Shown here: piece after piece, positions 1 through 8,141 of the stretch
Numbering within the stretch: position 1 is the stretch's first letter
Layout of the letters: each line of letters opens with the position of its first letter
From: a virus
Taxonomy: Duplodnaviria; Caudoviricetes
IMG/VR virus record: IMGVR_UViG_3300023105_000044
Coordinates: 1-53,554 of that record
Length of the DNA stretch: 53,554 nt
Strand: one strand, 5' to 3'
Program-made: the position numbers and the translations under genes
The notes under the pieces: model-generated
Seen by the model: only the letters and a program-made list of their open reading frames with translations
What the model was told of the DNA's origin: nothing
The model's database searches: none

Positions 1-243
1 CACTTTCGTGTTCGTATTGAAGTATTTCATAACGATCGCGATATTGAATTCATTCAGTTTAAACGCTGGATGCAACGACTCTATGACGTCGAAGGCGTAT
101 TAGAGTTGAATCACAAGTCATGCGAGATGATTGCAGACGACTTGTATCAAGAGATTTCTGCAAAGTATCCCGGCCGATTTGTAGAGATTAGTGTCGCTGA
201 AGACAACGAAAACGGCTGTTCCATTTTTTATCCTAAATGCTAA
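1..243 (+). CDS. queD: QueD-like 6-carboxy-tetrahydropterin synthase (phage type), C-terminal part, truncated by window edge
   Basis: Frame +1 is open from base 1 to TAA at 241-243 (not in ORF track): HFRVRIEVFHNDRDIEFIQFKRWMQRLY...NHKSCEMIADDLY...VEISVAEDNENG. The SCEMIA and VxEDxENG motifs fit the T-fold PTPS/QueD family; folE and queE are nearby. Confidence 0.75.
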   Translation, partial: HFRVRIEVFHNDRDIEFIQFKRWMQRLYDVEGVLELNHKSCEMIADDLYQEISAKYPGRFVEISVAEDNENGCSIFYPKC

Positions 244-259
244 AAGAGAGTAAACTAAA

Positions 260-472
260 ATGGCAATTGAATTCAATCGTGAAGCATACACGAAAGTTTT
301 TAACGATTTGGACAAGTATCGCGACTACTGTCGCTTTGAAGGTAAGGTCTTTAACGAAGCAGACCTTTACAAAAAAGAATCGCCTAATTGGCAGCAATAT
401 CAAAGGTATCAAAACTACCTTCGAGCAAAATCTCGTAATGCGGGACGTAAGTTTAATAACCGGAGAAACTAA
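260..472 (+). CDS. hypothetical protein (70 aa) in the modification cluster
   Basis: ATG after AGAGAG; stop abuts the next ATG at 473. Confidence 0.7.
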   Translation: MAIEFNREAYTKVFNDLDKYRDYCRFEGKVFNEADLYKKESPNWQQYQRYQNYLRAKSRNAGRKFNNRRN

Positions 473-1534
473 ATGACTATCTATGTTGTAGACATTGAAG
501 CAGTAGACACACGTTATACTAAGCAATGGAAGGATTATCTTCCTAAGCAACTTCAACGTGCTACAAATATGGATGTAAAAGTCATTAGTGGAGGAGAGAC
601 GCCTCAGGCTACTACGCCTGGGGCATTTCTCAATTTTGGTGGTACTAATGTGTACAAGAGCAAACAGCTCGAACAGATTGGTGAAATGTTTTGTAAAGGA
701 CAAATCAAAGATGGAGATTATTTCTTATATACGGACGCTTGGAACCCGACTGTTATCCAGCTTAAATACATGGCTGAGCTCTTGGGCGTACATATTAGAA
801 CCGGTGGCTTATGGCATGCTGGTAGTTACGATCCTCACGATTTCCTTGGTAGGTTAATTGGAGACAAGCCTTGGGTAAGACATGCTGAATATAGTATGTT
901 TGAGTGTTATGATGATAACTTCTTTGCAAGTGAATTCCACTGGGACTTGTTTGCAGAAACGTTTGCACTCGATATGGGCGTAGTTGATCAAAATAAAATG
1001 AAACGTGTAGGCTGGCCTATGGAGTATCTAAAGAACAGTTTAGACAATTACAAAGGTATGGAGAAGCGTAATCTTATACTCTTTCCGCATCGTATTGCTC
1101 CAGAGAAACAAGTTGAAATATTCCGCGATTTAGCAGAACAACTGCCTGAATACGAGTTTGTTGTATGTCAAGAACGTGAGCTTACTAAAAATGAATATCA
1201 TAATTTGTTAGGCGAAGCAAAGATGGTGTTCTCTGCTAACCTACAAGAAACACTTGGTATTAGTTGGTATGAAGGTGCTCTTGTAGATGCTATTCCCATG
1301 GTGCCTGATAGATTAAGTTATTCAGAAATGTCTGTTCCAGAGTTTTTATATCCAAGTGAATGGACTGAAGACTTTTTTGCTTATAGAAAGTACAGAGGTT
1401 TAATAGTTGATAAGATTCGTCATTATATGGAAAACTATGACGACTATCTAGTAAGTTTAGAGAAACAGCGTACTAAGTTAAACAAAGATTTTTTTAGCGG
1501 AGCGGCACTGTATGACGCAATCAAAGAAGGATGA
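473..1534 (+). CDS. GT-B fold glycosyltransferase (GT4-like)
   Basis: ILFPHRIAPEKQ donor-binding motif and ETLGISWYEG (E-x7-E) motif; GGAGA RBS upstream. Confidence 0.8.
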   Translation: MTIYVVDIEAVDTRYTKQWKDYLPKQLQRATNMDVKVISGGETPQATTPGAFLNFGGTNVYKSKQLEQIGEMFCKGQIKDGDYFLYTDAWNPTVIQLKYMAELLGVHIRTGGLWHAGSYDPHDFLGRLIGDKPWVRHAEYSMFECYDDNFFASEFHWDLFAETFALDMGVVDQNKMKRVGWPMEYLKNSLDNYKGMEKRNLILFPHRIAPEKQVEIFRDLAEQLPEYEFVVCQERELTKNEYHNLLGEAKMVFSANLQETLGISWYEGALVDAIPMVPDRLSYSEMSVPEFLYPSEWTEDFFAYRKYRGLIVDKIRHYMENYDDYLVSLEKQRTKLNKDFFSGAALYDAIKEG

Positions 1535-1901
1535 TAGTTTTACTATCGATATAAGTGATTTAAAGTTGGACGATATGTTGAATACTACCGATGATAGTGT
1601 TACTATTAACTTAGACAACACCTACGGTACAACTACAACGTACTGGGCAGGTGATAGTATGGTAGATACTATCAGTGTCAGCGATGGTACATTTACTATA
1701 GACACTAATAGTGTTGACTGGATTAATAGTATTAGTATTAAGGACACACGTATTAGTCCAGAAGAGATTGAACGTATGTGCGAGATTTATCCAGGTTTAG
1801 AAAAAGTTTGGCGTAACTTTAAAGCAGTATATGATATGTGCGAAAAAGATTATGAAGGCAAGAAAAAGGCAGGTGAACTAGATGACGACATTCCGTTCTA
1901 A
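1512..1901 (+). CDS. hypothetical acidic protein
   Basis: Overlaps both neighbours in operon fashion; ends in acidic DDDIPF. Confidence 0.65.
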   Translation: MTQSKKDDSFTIDISDLKLDDMLNTTDDSVTINLDNTYGTTTTYWAGDSMVDTISVSDGTFTIDTNSVDWINSISIKDTRISPEEIERMCEIYPGLEKVWRNFKAVYDMCEKDYEGKKKAGELDDDIPF

Positions 1902-2322
1902 ATTTCTTAACTTGCTAGACAAGTTAGGACGCAAGCGAGTAATTATGGACCGTTACGAAAACGAGCCTTACTTAACTCGATATTATCTTTTCTTAAAAGA
2001 CCGCAAATGGTTTCCGTTTAATGTGTTCTTACACAACTTTCACAAAGGAGATTTAGATGATTTACACGATCATCCTTGGCCTTATCTCACTTTTATCCTT
2101 AAAGGTGGGTATTGGGAGCATACACCAACTGGCAAACACTGGAGGGCCCCGGGTCACTTCCGCTTTTGTGGCCCTCGCAGCCTTCACCGTATTGAGCTTG
2201 AGCCTGGCGTCGATACTTGGACTTTATTTGTTCCCGGGCCAAAATTAAGAGAATGGGGATTTATTCGCAAAGGCGAATGGGTACAACACGAACAGTATCT
2301 AAAGGAAAAATATGAGCAATAA
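1882..2322 (+). CDS. cupin-fold (RmlC-like) metal-binding protein
   Basis: LHDHPW...ILKGGYWE and a downstream HRIEL...WTLF match the two cupin motifs (H-x-H...E...H). Confidence 0.7.
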   Translation: MTTFRSKFLNLLDKLGRKRVIMDRYENEPYLTRYYLFLKDRKWFPFNVFLHNFHKGDLDDLHDHPWPYLTFILKGGYWEHTPTGKHWRAPGHFRFCGPRSLHRIELEPGVDTWTLFVPGPKLREWGFIRKGEWVQHEQYLKEKYEQ

Positions 2323-3043
2323 AACTACTACTGTATATTGGACTCCGTTGACTTCAGTAGATTCTCAAGAACCTGATTGGAGTATTTTATACGAAGAGCC
2401 GCAAAGTTTGTTTGAAAGGAAACTTGAAGAAAAAGTAGATATTGCAGATAAACAAACAAACTTCTTTTATTGTCCTGCGTTTTCTAATTTTGCTAAAAAT
2501 ACATTTGTATTAAAAAATCCTATAAAGGTAGATGTGCCTATTATACAAAATAATTCATTTGCAAAAGTTGAAAGTCTAGTTCCTGTTTATCAAACAAGAG
2601 ACTCTTGTCTTAAAGATCACACTACAATCAAATATAATATGCAATGGGTGTTTTTTGCTGAAGAGGACGATATTCATATAACAGTTACAGAACCTTACAT
2701 GGATCAAGCACCTCACTTATTACAAGGACATATTGTTCCAGGTAGATTTAGTGCAAGTAGTTGGTTTAGACCAATTAACTTAGATTATAATTTTTATCCT
2801 GGAGTGAAGCAGTACACCGTAGAAGAAGGAGAACCATTAGCATATATTAACTTTGATTCCGATAAACAAGTTAAATTAGTTAAATTTAATTTAACTGAAA
2901 AACTTAGAAATCTTGCCCTAACATGTTCTATGGGAGCATCTTGGGAAAAATGGGTTCCTTTAGCAAAAAGATATAGACGCTTTAAAGAGTCTAGATTAAA
3001 ATCAATTATTCTTAAAGAGATCAAGGAAAACTTGTATGATTAA
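2312..3043 (+). CDS. hypothetical protein (CPAF-motif phage family, DUF6065-like, tentative)
   Basis: 243-aa ORF with YCPAF, IVPG...WFRPIN and GEPLAYI motifs; overlaps neighbours. Confidence 0.55.
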   Translation: MSNKTTTVYWTPLTSVDSQEPDWSILYEEPQSLFERKLEEKVDIADKQTNFFYCPAFSNFAKNTFVLKNPIKVDVPIIQNNSFAKVESLVPVYQTRDSCLKDHTTIKYNMQWVFFAEEDDIHITVTEPYMDQAPHLLQGHIVPGRFSASSWFRPINLDYNFYPGVKQYTVEEGEPLAYINFDSDKQVKLVKFNLTEKLRNLALTCSMGASWEKWVPLAKRYRRFKESRLKSIILKEIKENLYD

Positions 3044-3605
3044 AAAACATTATTACAGTTGGCAAGATGTAGAACGTGCTTGCCTAAGTCTTGCATTACA
3101 AATGTACAACGATAATTGGAAGCCTGATTATATTGTAGGCATTACAAGAGGTGGTAACGTACCTGCTACTATCTTGTCTAATATGTTAAAAATTCGTTGC
3201 GAAACATTAAAGGTTAGTTTGCGTGATGATGATAGTGAAAGCGAAAGTAACTGTTGGATGGCTGAAGATGCTTACGGTTATGATGATAAAGATTATTATG
3301 ATCCTGCAATGGGTCATAATAAAACAAACGCAGACAACCGTAAGAACATTCTTATTGTAGACGACATCAACGATACCGGTGCTACATTTAACTGGATTAA
3401 AGAAGATTGGCGTAGTGGATGTTTACCTAATTCAGAAGCATGGAATGATATTTGGGGTAACAATGTTCGCTTTGCAGTTATTACAGAAAATTTAAGTTCA
3501 GAATTTGATGGTGTAAGTTACAGTACACACGAAGTTAACAAAGCCGAGGAAGATGTATGGTTAGTATATCCCTGGGAGATTGTAGGAGAATACAATGGCG
3601 TTTGA
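3036..3605 (+). CDS. type I phosphoribosyltransferase (Gpt/Hpt-like)
   Basis: IVGITRGG PPi loop, ILIVDDINDTGATF PRPP-binding motif and C-terminal WLVYPWE as in Gpt. Confidence 0.88.
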   Translation: MIKKHYYSWQDVERACLSLALQMYNDNWKPDYIVGITRGGNVPATILSNMLKIRCETLKVSLRDDDSESESNCWMAEDAYGYDDKDYYDPAMGHNKTNADNRKNILIVDDINDTGATFNWIKEDWRSGCLPNSEAWNDIWGNNVRFAVITENLSSEFDGVSYSTHEVNKAEEDVWLVYPWEIVGEYNGV

Positions 3606-3852
3606 GTGGTTTAAAATGTATAAGCACGAAGAAAACATTGAAAGAGATGTTACGGATCGTGTATATGAATATGTTTGCGATTTCTATAGTGTTGAATCAA
3701 TTATTGATCTAACTGAAGAACAAATTGATGAAATAGAAAGATTTATGGAAGATAATGTAAACGAATATAATGTTATGTCAGTTGGCTTTAGTAACTTGCT
3801 TCATGATTGGGATAGCGAAAATTCATATACAGAGGATGAGTATGAAGATTGA
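3595..3852 (+). CDS. hypothetical acidic protein
   Basis: AGGAGA RBS; 85 aa; overlaps neighbours. Confidence 0.6.
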   Translation: MAFEWFKMYKHEENIERDVTDRVYEYVCDFYSVESIIDLTEEQIDEIERFMEDNVNEYNVMSVGFSNLLHDWDSENSYTEDEYED

Positions 3853-4216
3853 TACTCTAACAAAGGCACAAGAAGAGAAAAGAGCACCTTGGACTGAAGT
3901 TTTTCTTGACACAAGAGATTTTATAGTATATAATGACATTTATCCTGTAACACTAGGACATATATTAGTTGTTCCAAAAGAGAACACTGTAGAAAATATT
4001 CAAAAGTGTTTTAAATTTGCTCAAGAAATGGGCAATATGAATGTAGAAGCAGATACTAATCCTATTACAGGATATAATATAGGTATTAACATGGGAGAAA
4101 GTGCAGGACAAACATGCATGTATCCACATGTACATTTAATCTTCCGTCGTGATGGAGACATGGAAGATCCGAGAGGCGGCGTCCGAGGCGTCATTCCATC
4201 TAAACAAAAATACTAA
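3842..4216 (+). CDS. HIT-family nucleotide hydrolase
   Basis: DIYPVTLGHILVVPK, GYNIGINMGESAGQTCMYPHVHLIFR. Start placed at ATG 3842 after GAGGA rather than the ORF-track 3770. Confidence 0.85.
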   Translation: MKIDTLTKAQEEKRAPWTEVFLDTRDFIVYNDIYPVTLGHILVVPKENTVENIQKCFKFAQEMGNMNVEADTNPITGYNIGINMGESAGQTCMYPHVHLIFRRDGDMEDPRGGVRGVIPSKQKY

Positions 4217-4230
4217 AAGGAAAGGAATGT

Positions 4231-4437
4231 ATGGACTTGAAACAAAATCTTATTAATGCGGCAAGGAAACACGCAGAAGCGGAGATTGAATTGCACAAAA
4301 CCAATATCGACGTTTACATGGAAAAAGTTGTAGGCATTGGTGAACATTCTGATATTGTTGAAACTATTCAGAAAGAACTAGATGCAATGGCAACTGCACA
4401 CGATAGACTCGAAATGTTGAACAAGTATTTTGATTAA
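4231..4437 (+). CDS. hypothetical protein (68 aa, helical)
   Basis: AAGGA RBS; VGIGEHSDI motif. Confidence 0.7.
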   Translation: MDLKQNLINAARKHAEAEIELHKTNIDVYMEKVVGIGEHSDIVETIQKELDAMATAHDRLEMLNKYFD

Positions 4438-4441
4438 TTAC

Positions 4442-4470
4442 TTGACAAACGACCTAAATAAGTGTATACT
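4442..4470 (+). promoter_or_regulatory. sigma70-type promoter for folE-queE, with embedded TAAATA late element (4455-4460)
   Basis: TTGACA (4442-4447), 17-nt spacer, TATACT (4465-4470). Confidence 0.8.
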
Positions 4471-4525
4471 GTATATAATTGTGCAGTATACACGGCAATC
4501 CACTGCCTAAACATCGGAGAAATAA

Positions 4526-5209
4526 ATGAGCAAAGCAGAACAGATTAAAGCCCGTTTGCAAGATGCAAACATTCGCTATTGGGCAGGCGATAATATTTCA
4601 GAAGTCTTACAAAAGGGCGACAAAGAAGAACTTATTGAAGATGCTACAGTAGCATTTGAAAGTGTGCTAGACGCACTTGTTATTGATAGACACAACGATC
4701 CAAACTCTAAAGGTACAGCAAGACGCCTTGCTAAAATGTATTTTAATGAGATTATGGCGGGACGTTATGATCCTATTCCTAGCGCAACAGCATTTCCAAA
4801 TGACTCAGACGAACGCTACGAAGGTATGCTAGTTGTACGAAGTGAACTAAAAAGTATGTGTTCACATCATCATCAACCAGTAGTAGGTACTGCATATATT
4901 GGGATTATTGCCGCAGATAAATTAATTGGGTTGAGTAAGTATACTCGTATTGCGCAGTGGTGTGCTAGACGTGGTACACTACAAGAAGAACTTGCAAATG
5001 AAATTGCAAAACAGATTCGACTAGCAACCAATGCAAAACATTTAGGAGTATATGTACAAGCAACACACGGTTGTTGTGAGAATCGTGGCATTATGGCACA
5101 TAGTTCACTTACACAGACAACTGTACTGAAAGGTGCATTTAAAGACGATCCAGGTACAAAGAAAGAGTTCTTTGATAATATTAAACTACAACAGGAATTT
5201 GCGTGTTAA
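4526..5209 (+). CDS. folE: GTP cyclohydrolase I
   Basis: TARRLAKMY, SMCSHHHQP, GLSKYTRIA, QEEL, HGCCENRG and TTVLKGAF motifs. Confidence 0.95.
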   Translation: MSKAEQIKARLQDANIRYWAGDNISEVLQKGDKEELIEDATVAFESVLDALVIDRHNDPNSKGTARRLAKMYFNEIMAGRYDPIPSATAFPNDSDERYEGMLVVRSELKSMCSHHHQPVVGTAYIGIIAADKLIGLSKYTRIAQWCARRGTLQEELANEIAKQIRLATNAKHLGVYVQATHGCCENRGIMAHSSLTQTTVLKGAFKDDPGTKKEFFDNIKLQQEFAC

Positions 5210-5210
5210 G

Positions 5211-6107
5211 ATGAAGTTACGTTATTCAGAAGCATTTTATAGTGTACAGGGTGAAGGCAAGTTTGTTGGAGTCCCTAGTGTGTTCTTAAGAACATTTGGT
5301 TGTAACTTTCGTTGTATGAACTTTGGGTTGGACCGTAATGAGCCTATGCGTGATGAAAAACAGAAGCAAGGTATCAAACACAATCCCGAAGTTAAAAAAT
5401 TGTTAGACAACGACATAATTAATACTGTAGAGAAGTTTGAAGACTTACCTATTATACATACAGGCTGTGACACGTATGCAAGTATCTATCCTGAATTTAA
5501 AAAATTTATGATGGATAAAACTGTAGACGAAGTGGTTGAACACCTACTAAGTCTAACACCAACCGGCAAGTGGACAATGGACAATGGTCAAGATATTCAC
5601 TTAATATTAACAGGCGGAGAACCTTTGTTAGGATGGCAAAGACTCTATATTGAACTATTTGAGCATCCTAGGATGCAGGACTTAAAAAATGTTACATTTG
5701 AAACAAACACTACACAAACTTTACACGACGATTTCTTCGACTATCTTAGCGATCAAAACAGATTTGAAGTCACTTGGAGTTGTTCCCCAAAACTTTCAGT
5801 TAGCGGAGAACCTTGGGATACTGCTATTAAGCCTAGTATTGCTAGGGAGTATAGCCTTGTTGACGGTAGTGACATGTATCTTAAGTTTGTTGTCGCTGAT
5901 GCTATTGACGTGGAAGAAGTTGGCAAAGCTGTGGACACTTACAGAAACGCCGGGATTCAATGTCCGGTATATTGTATGCCGTTGGGCGGACGCAGTGAAG
6001 AATATAATCTCAACGTCCAAGAAATCGCAGAACTATGCATGGAAAAAGGATGGCGTTTCACACCAAGACTCCACATTTCCTTATTCGGAAATGCGTGGGG
6101 GACTTGA
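5211..6107 (+). CDS. queE: 7-carboxy-7-deazaguanine synthase (radical SAM)
   Basis: SEAFYSVQGEGKFVGVPSVFLRTFGCNFRC...CDT, LTGGEPLL, FETN, SPKL, RLH motifs. Start set at ATG 5211, just after the folE stop. Confidence 0.92.
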   Translation: MKLRYSEAFYSVQGEGKFVGVPSVFLRTFGCNFRCMNFGLDRNEPMRDEKQKQGIKHNPEVKKLLDNDIINTVEKFEDLPIIHTGCDTYASIYPEFKKFMMDKTVDEVVEHLLSLTPTGKWTMDNGQDIHLILTGGEPLLGWQRLYIELFEHPRMQDLKNVTFETNTTQTLHDDFFDYLSDQNRFEVTWSCSPKLSVSGEPWDTAIKPSIAREYSLVDGSDMYLKFVVADAIDVEEVGKAVDTYRNAGIQCPVYCMPLGGRSEEYNLNVQEIAELCMEKGWRFTPRLHISLFGNAWGT

Positions 6108-6111
6108 GAAT

Positions 6112-6222
6112 ATGTTTGATCCTGATGACTTTGTTAAAAATGAACAAGAAACAATTAACATAAGACGCGAGAATTCAAAATCAAAAACACTTGAAGAACG
6201 TGTCAGGGAGGCTGGAATATGA
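6112..6222 (+). CDS. small hypothetical protein (36 aa)
   Basis: ATG 6112, MFDPDDF...REAGI; stop overlaps next start (ATGA); fills the gap between queE and 6219. Confidence 0.5.
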   Translation: MFDPDDFVKNEQETINIRRENSKSKTLEERVREAGI

Positions 6223-6620
6223 ACTGGGATAAAATAAAAAAGGCTTTAGGTGTTACACCTAAAATTGAAGAAGAAGTAGTTAAAGAAGTTGAAAAGACTA
6301 CTGAAGAAGTCCGTCGAGAAGCACTAGAAACAGAAAAAGAAGCGGCTACTAAAGCAGGTGAACCTTGGGTTGCTGTATTAGATACACAAGTTAATAAAGA
6401 TAATATTAGAAATGGATTCTTTGAACTTGATTGGAATAATGAATTTGTTGAGCAACTTCTTGATGCTGGATACAAAGGAGAAAGTGCAGAACAAATAGTT
6501 GACGCATGGTTTAGAACTATTGTTATCCAAATGTTAGAAGAAGATGGGTTAAGTACTGATCGAGACATGGGCTATATTAATGTGGTTCCTATCGATAAAG
6601 GTAAAAGTGAAGTATCTTAA
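6219..6620 (+). CDS. conserved hypothetical phage protein
   Basis: GGAG RBS; GEPWVAVL...NGFFELDWN motif. Confidence 0.75.
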   Translation: MNWDKIKKALGVTPKIEEEVVKEVEKTTEEVRREALETEKEAATKAGEPWVAVLDTQVNKDNIRNGFFELDWNNEFVEQLLDAGYKGESAEQIVDAWFRTIVIQMLEEDGLSTDRDMGYINVVPIDKGKSEVS

Positions 6621-6623
6621 TGC

Positions 6624-6652
6624 TTGACAAATATTATGAAAGGCACTATTAT
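6624..6652 (+). promoter_or_regulatory. sigma70-type promoter
   Basis: TTGACA (6624-6629), 17-nt spacer, TATTAT (6647-6652). Confidence 0.7.
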
Positions 6653-6681
6653 TATACTATAAATGATTAAAAGGCAAACAA

Positions 6682-7665
6682 ATGGCAACTTATGTACTAG
6701 TTGATACAGCAAATACGTTCTTTAGAGCTCGTCATGTAGTACGCGGCGACTTAGACACTAAAGTAGGTATGGCATTACACATTACTTTAAACAGTATTAA
6801 AAAAGCATGGCAAGACTTTAATGCAGATCATGTTGTATTCTGTTTAGAAGGACGCAGTTGGCGTAAAGACTTTTACGAGCCGTACAAGCGTAACCGTCAA
6901 GAAACACGTGATGCTATGAGTCCACGTGAAGCAGAAGAAGATAAAGTGTTTTGGGAAATCTTTGACGAGTTTAAAGATTTCGTTAATACAAAGACTAACT
7001 GCACTGTAATACAAAATCCTGTACTTGAAGCAGATGATTTGATTGCAGGTTGGGTACAAAATCACCCTAACGACAATCATGTTATTATTAGTACAGATGG
7101 TGACTTTGCACAACTAATTGCACCTAATGTAAAACAGTACAATGGCGTTAGTAACACAACTATTACACACGAAGGCTACTTTACAGATAAAGGTACGCCT
7201 GTACTTGATAAGAAAACTAAAGAGCCTAAGGCCGCTCCTAATCCACAATTCATGCTGTTTGAAAAATGTATGCGAGGTGACACAAGTGACAATGTTTTCT
7301 CCGCTTATCCAGGCGTTAGAACAAAAGGTACTAAGAATAAAGTTGGCTTATTGGAAGCATTCGACGATAAGACCGCGAAAGGTTATAATTGGAATAACCT
7401 TATGTTACAGCGTTGGGTTGATCATAACGGTGTTGAGCACCGTGTATTAGATGATTACAATCGTAATGTTACATTATGTGATTTATCTGCACAACCTGCA
7501 GAAATTAAAGAGATAATTAATAGCACAATACAAGAAGTATCTCCTAAAGAAATTTCACAAGTAGGAATGCGTCTTATGAAGTTTTGTGCAAAATGGGATA
7601 TGCAACGTATTGCAGATCAGGCTGCACAATTTGCAGAACCATTACAAGCAAGGTACCCACAATGA
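6682..7665 (+). CDS. rnh: T4-type RNase H / 5'-3' exonuclease (FEN-like)
   Basis: LVD, SWRKDFYEPYKRNR, LEADDLIA, ISTDGDFAQL and GDTSDNV motifs. Confidence 0.9.
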   Translation: MATYVLVDTANTFFRARHVVRGDLDTKVGMALHITLNSIKKAWQDFNADHVVFCLEGRSWRKDFYEPYKRNRQETRDAMSPREAEEDKVFWEIFDEFKDFVNTKTNCTVIQNPVLEADDLIAGWVQNHPNDNHVIISTDGDFAQLIAPNVKQYNGVSNTTITHEGYFTDKGTPVLDKKTKEPKAAPNPQFMLFEKCMRGDTSDNVFSAYPGVRTKGTKNKVGLLEAFDDKTAKGYNWNNLMLQRWVDHNGVEHRVLDDYNRNVTLCDLSAQPAEIKEIINSTIQEVSPKEISQVGMRLMKFCAKWDMQRIADQAAQFAEPLQARYPQ

Positions 7666-8141
7666 CAATAAAGACAAAAACAATTTTAAAAGATAAATTT
7701 TGGATATTAGAGGACGAAGGTGTTAGGATTGGTACTCTTAGTATTAGTGATGATAAATTTATGTTTAGTGGGCCACAAGGAACAAAGTATTTTAATAGCG
7801 AACGTGCCTTAAAGAAAACATTTGGTTCTAATGTTCTTATTAACGAAGTAACTAACACTGTTAATGAAGAAGTAACGGCAGATAAAGAAGTTTATAACTA
7901 TCCTACAAGTACAACGCCGTTTAATCCATTACTAGATGTTCAACGAAAACTACCATTGTTTACTAAAAGTAATAAGAGTAAAAGTTTATATTGTGCAGGA
8001 TACTATATTATTCATTTTGACAAAGGATGGGTTAAAAGTTTTTGTCCTAAACTAATTACAGTTGAACGTTATGAATTTAAAGGTCCATTTAAAAATGAAA
8101 TTGAAATGAGACAAGCACTGAGTAATGCAAATGCAAAATGA
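7662..8141 (+). CDS. conserved hypothetical phage protein
   Basis: ATG 7662 overlaps the rnh stop (ATGA); LPLFTKS..SKSLYCAGYY...FCPKLIT motif. Confidence 0.7.
   Translation: MTIKTKTILKDKFWILEDEGVRIGTLSISDDKFMFSGPQGTKYFNSERALKKTFGSNVLINEVTNTVNEEVTADKEVYNYPTSTTPFNPLLDVQRKLPLFTKSNKSKSLYCAGYYIIHFDKGWVKSFCPKLITVERYEFKGPFKNEIEMRQALSNANAK

Noticed and set aside
118-703. ORFs 118-315(-), 233-703(-) and 237-476(+)
   Set aside because: They overlap the better-supported QueD-like frame, the 260-472 ORF and the GT; no motifs or RBS.
4491-4525. Canonical preQ1-I or THF-II riboswitch call
   Set aside because: Loop length and sequence do not match either consensus as I recall them; kept only as a candidate novel element.
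4526-6107. Host tRNA queuosine or folate operon
   Set aside because: Context is entirely phage; no tgt/queA or folB/K/P in the window. An auxiliary role in tRNA modification cannot be fully excluded.
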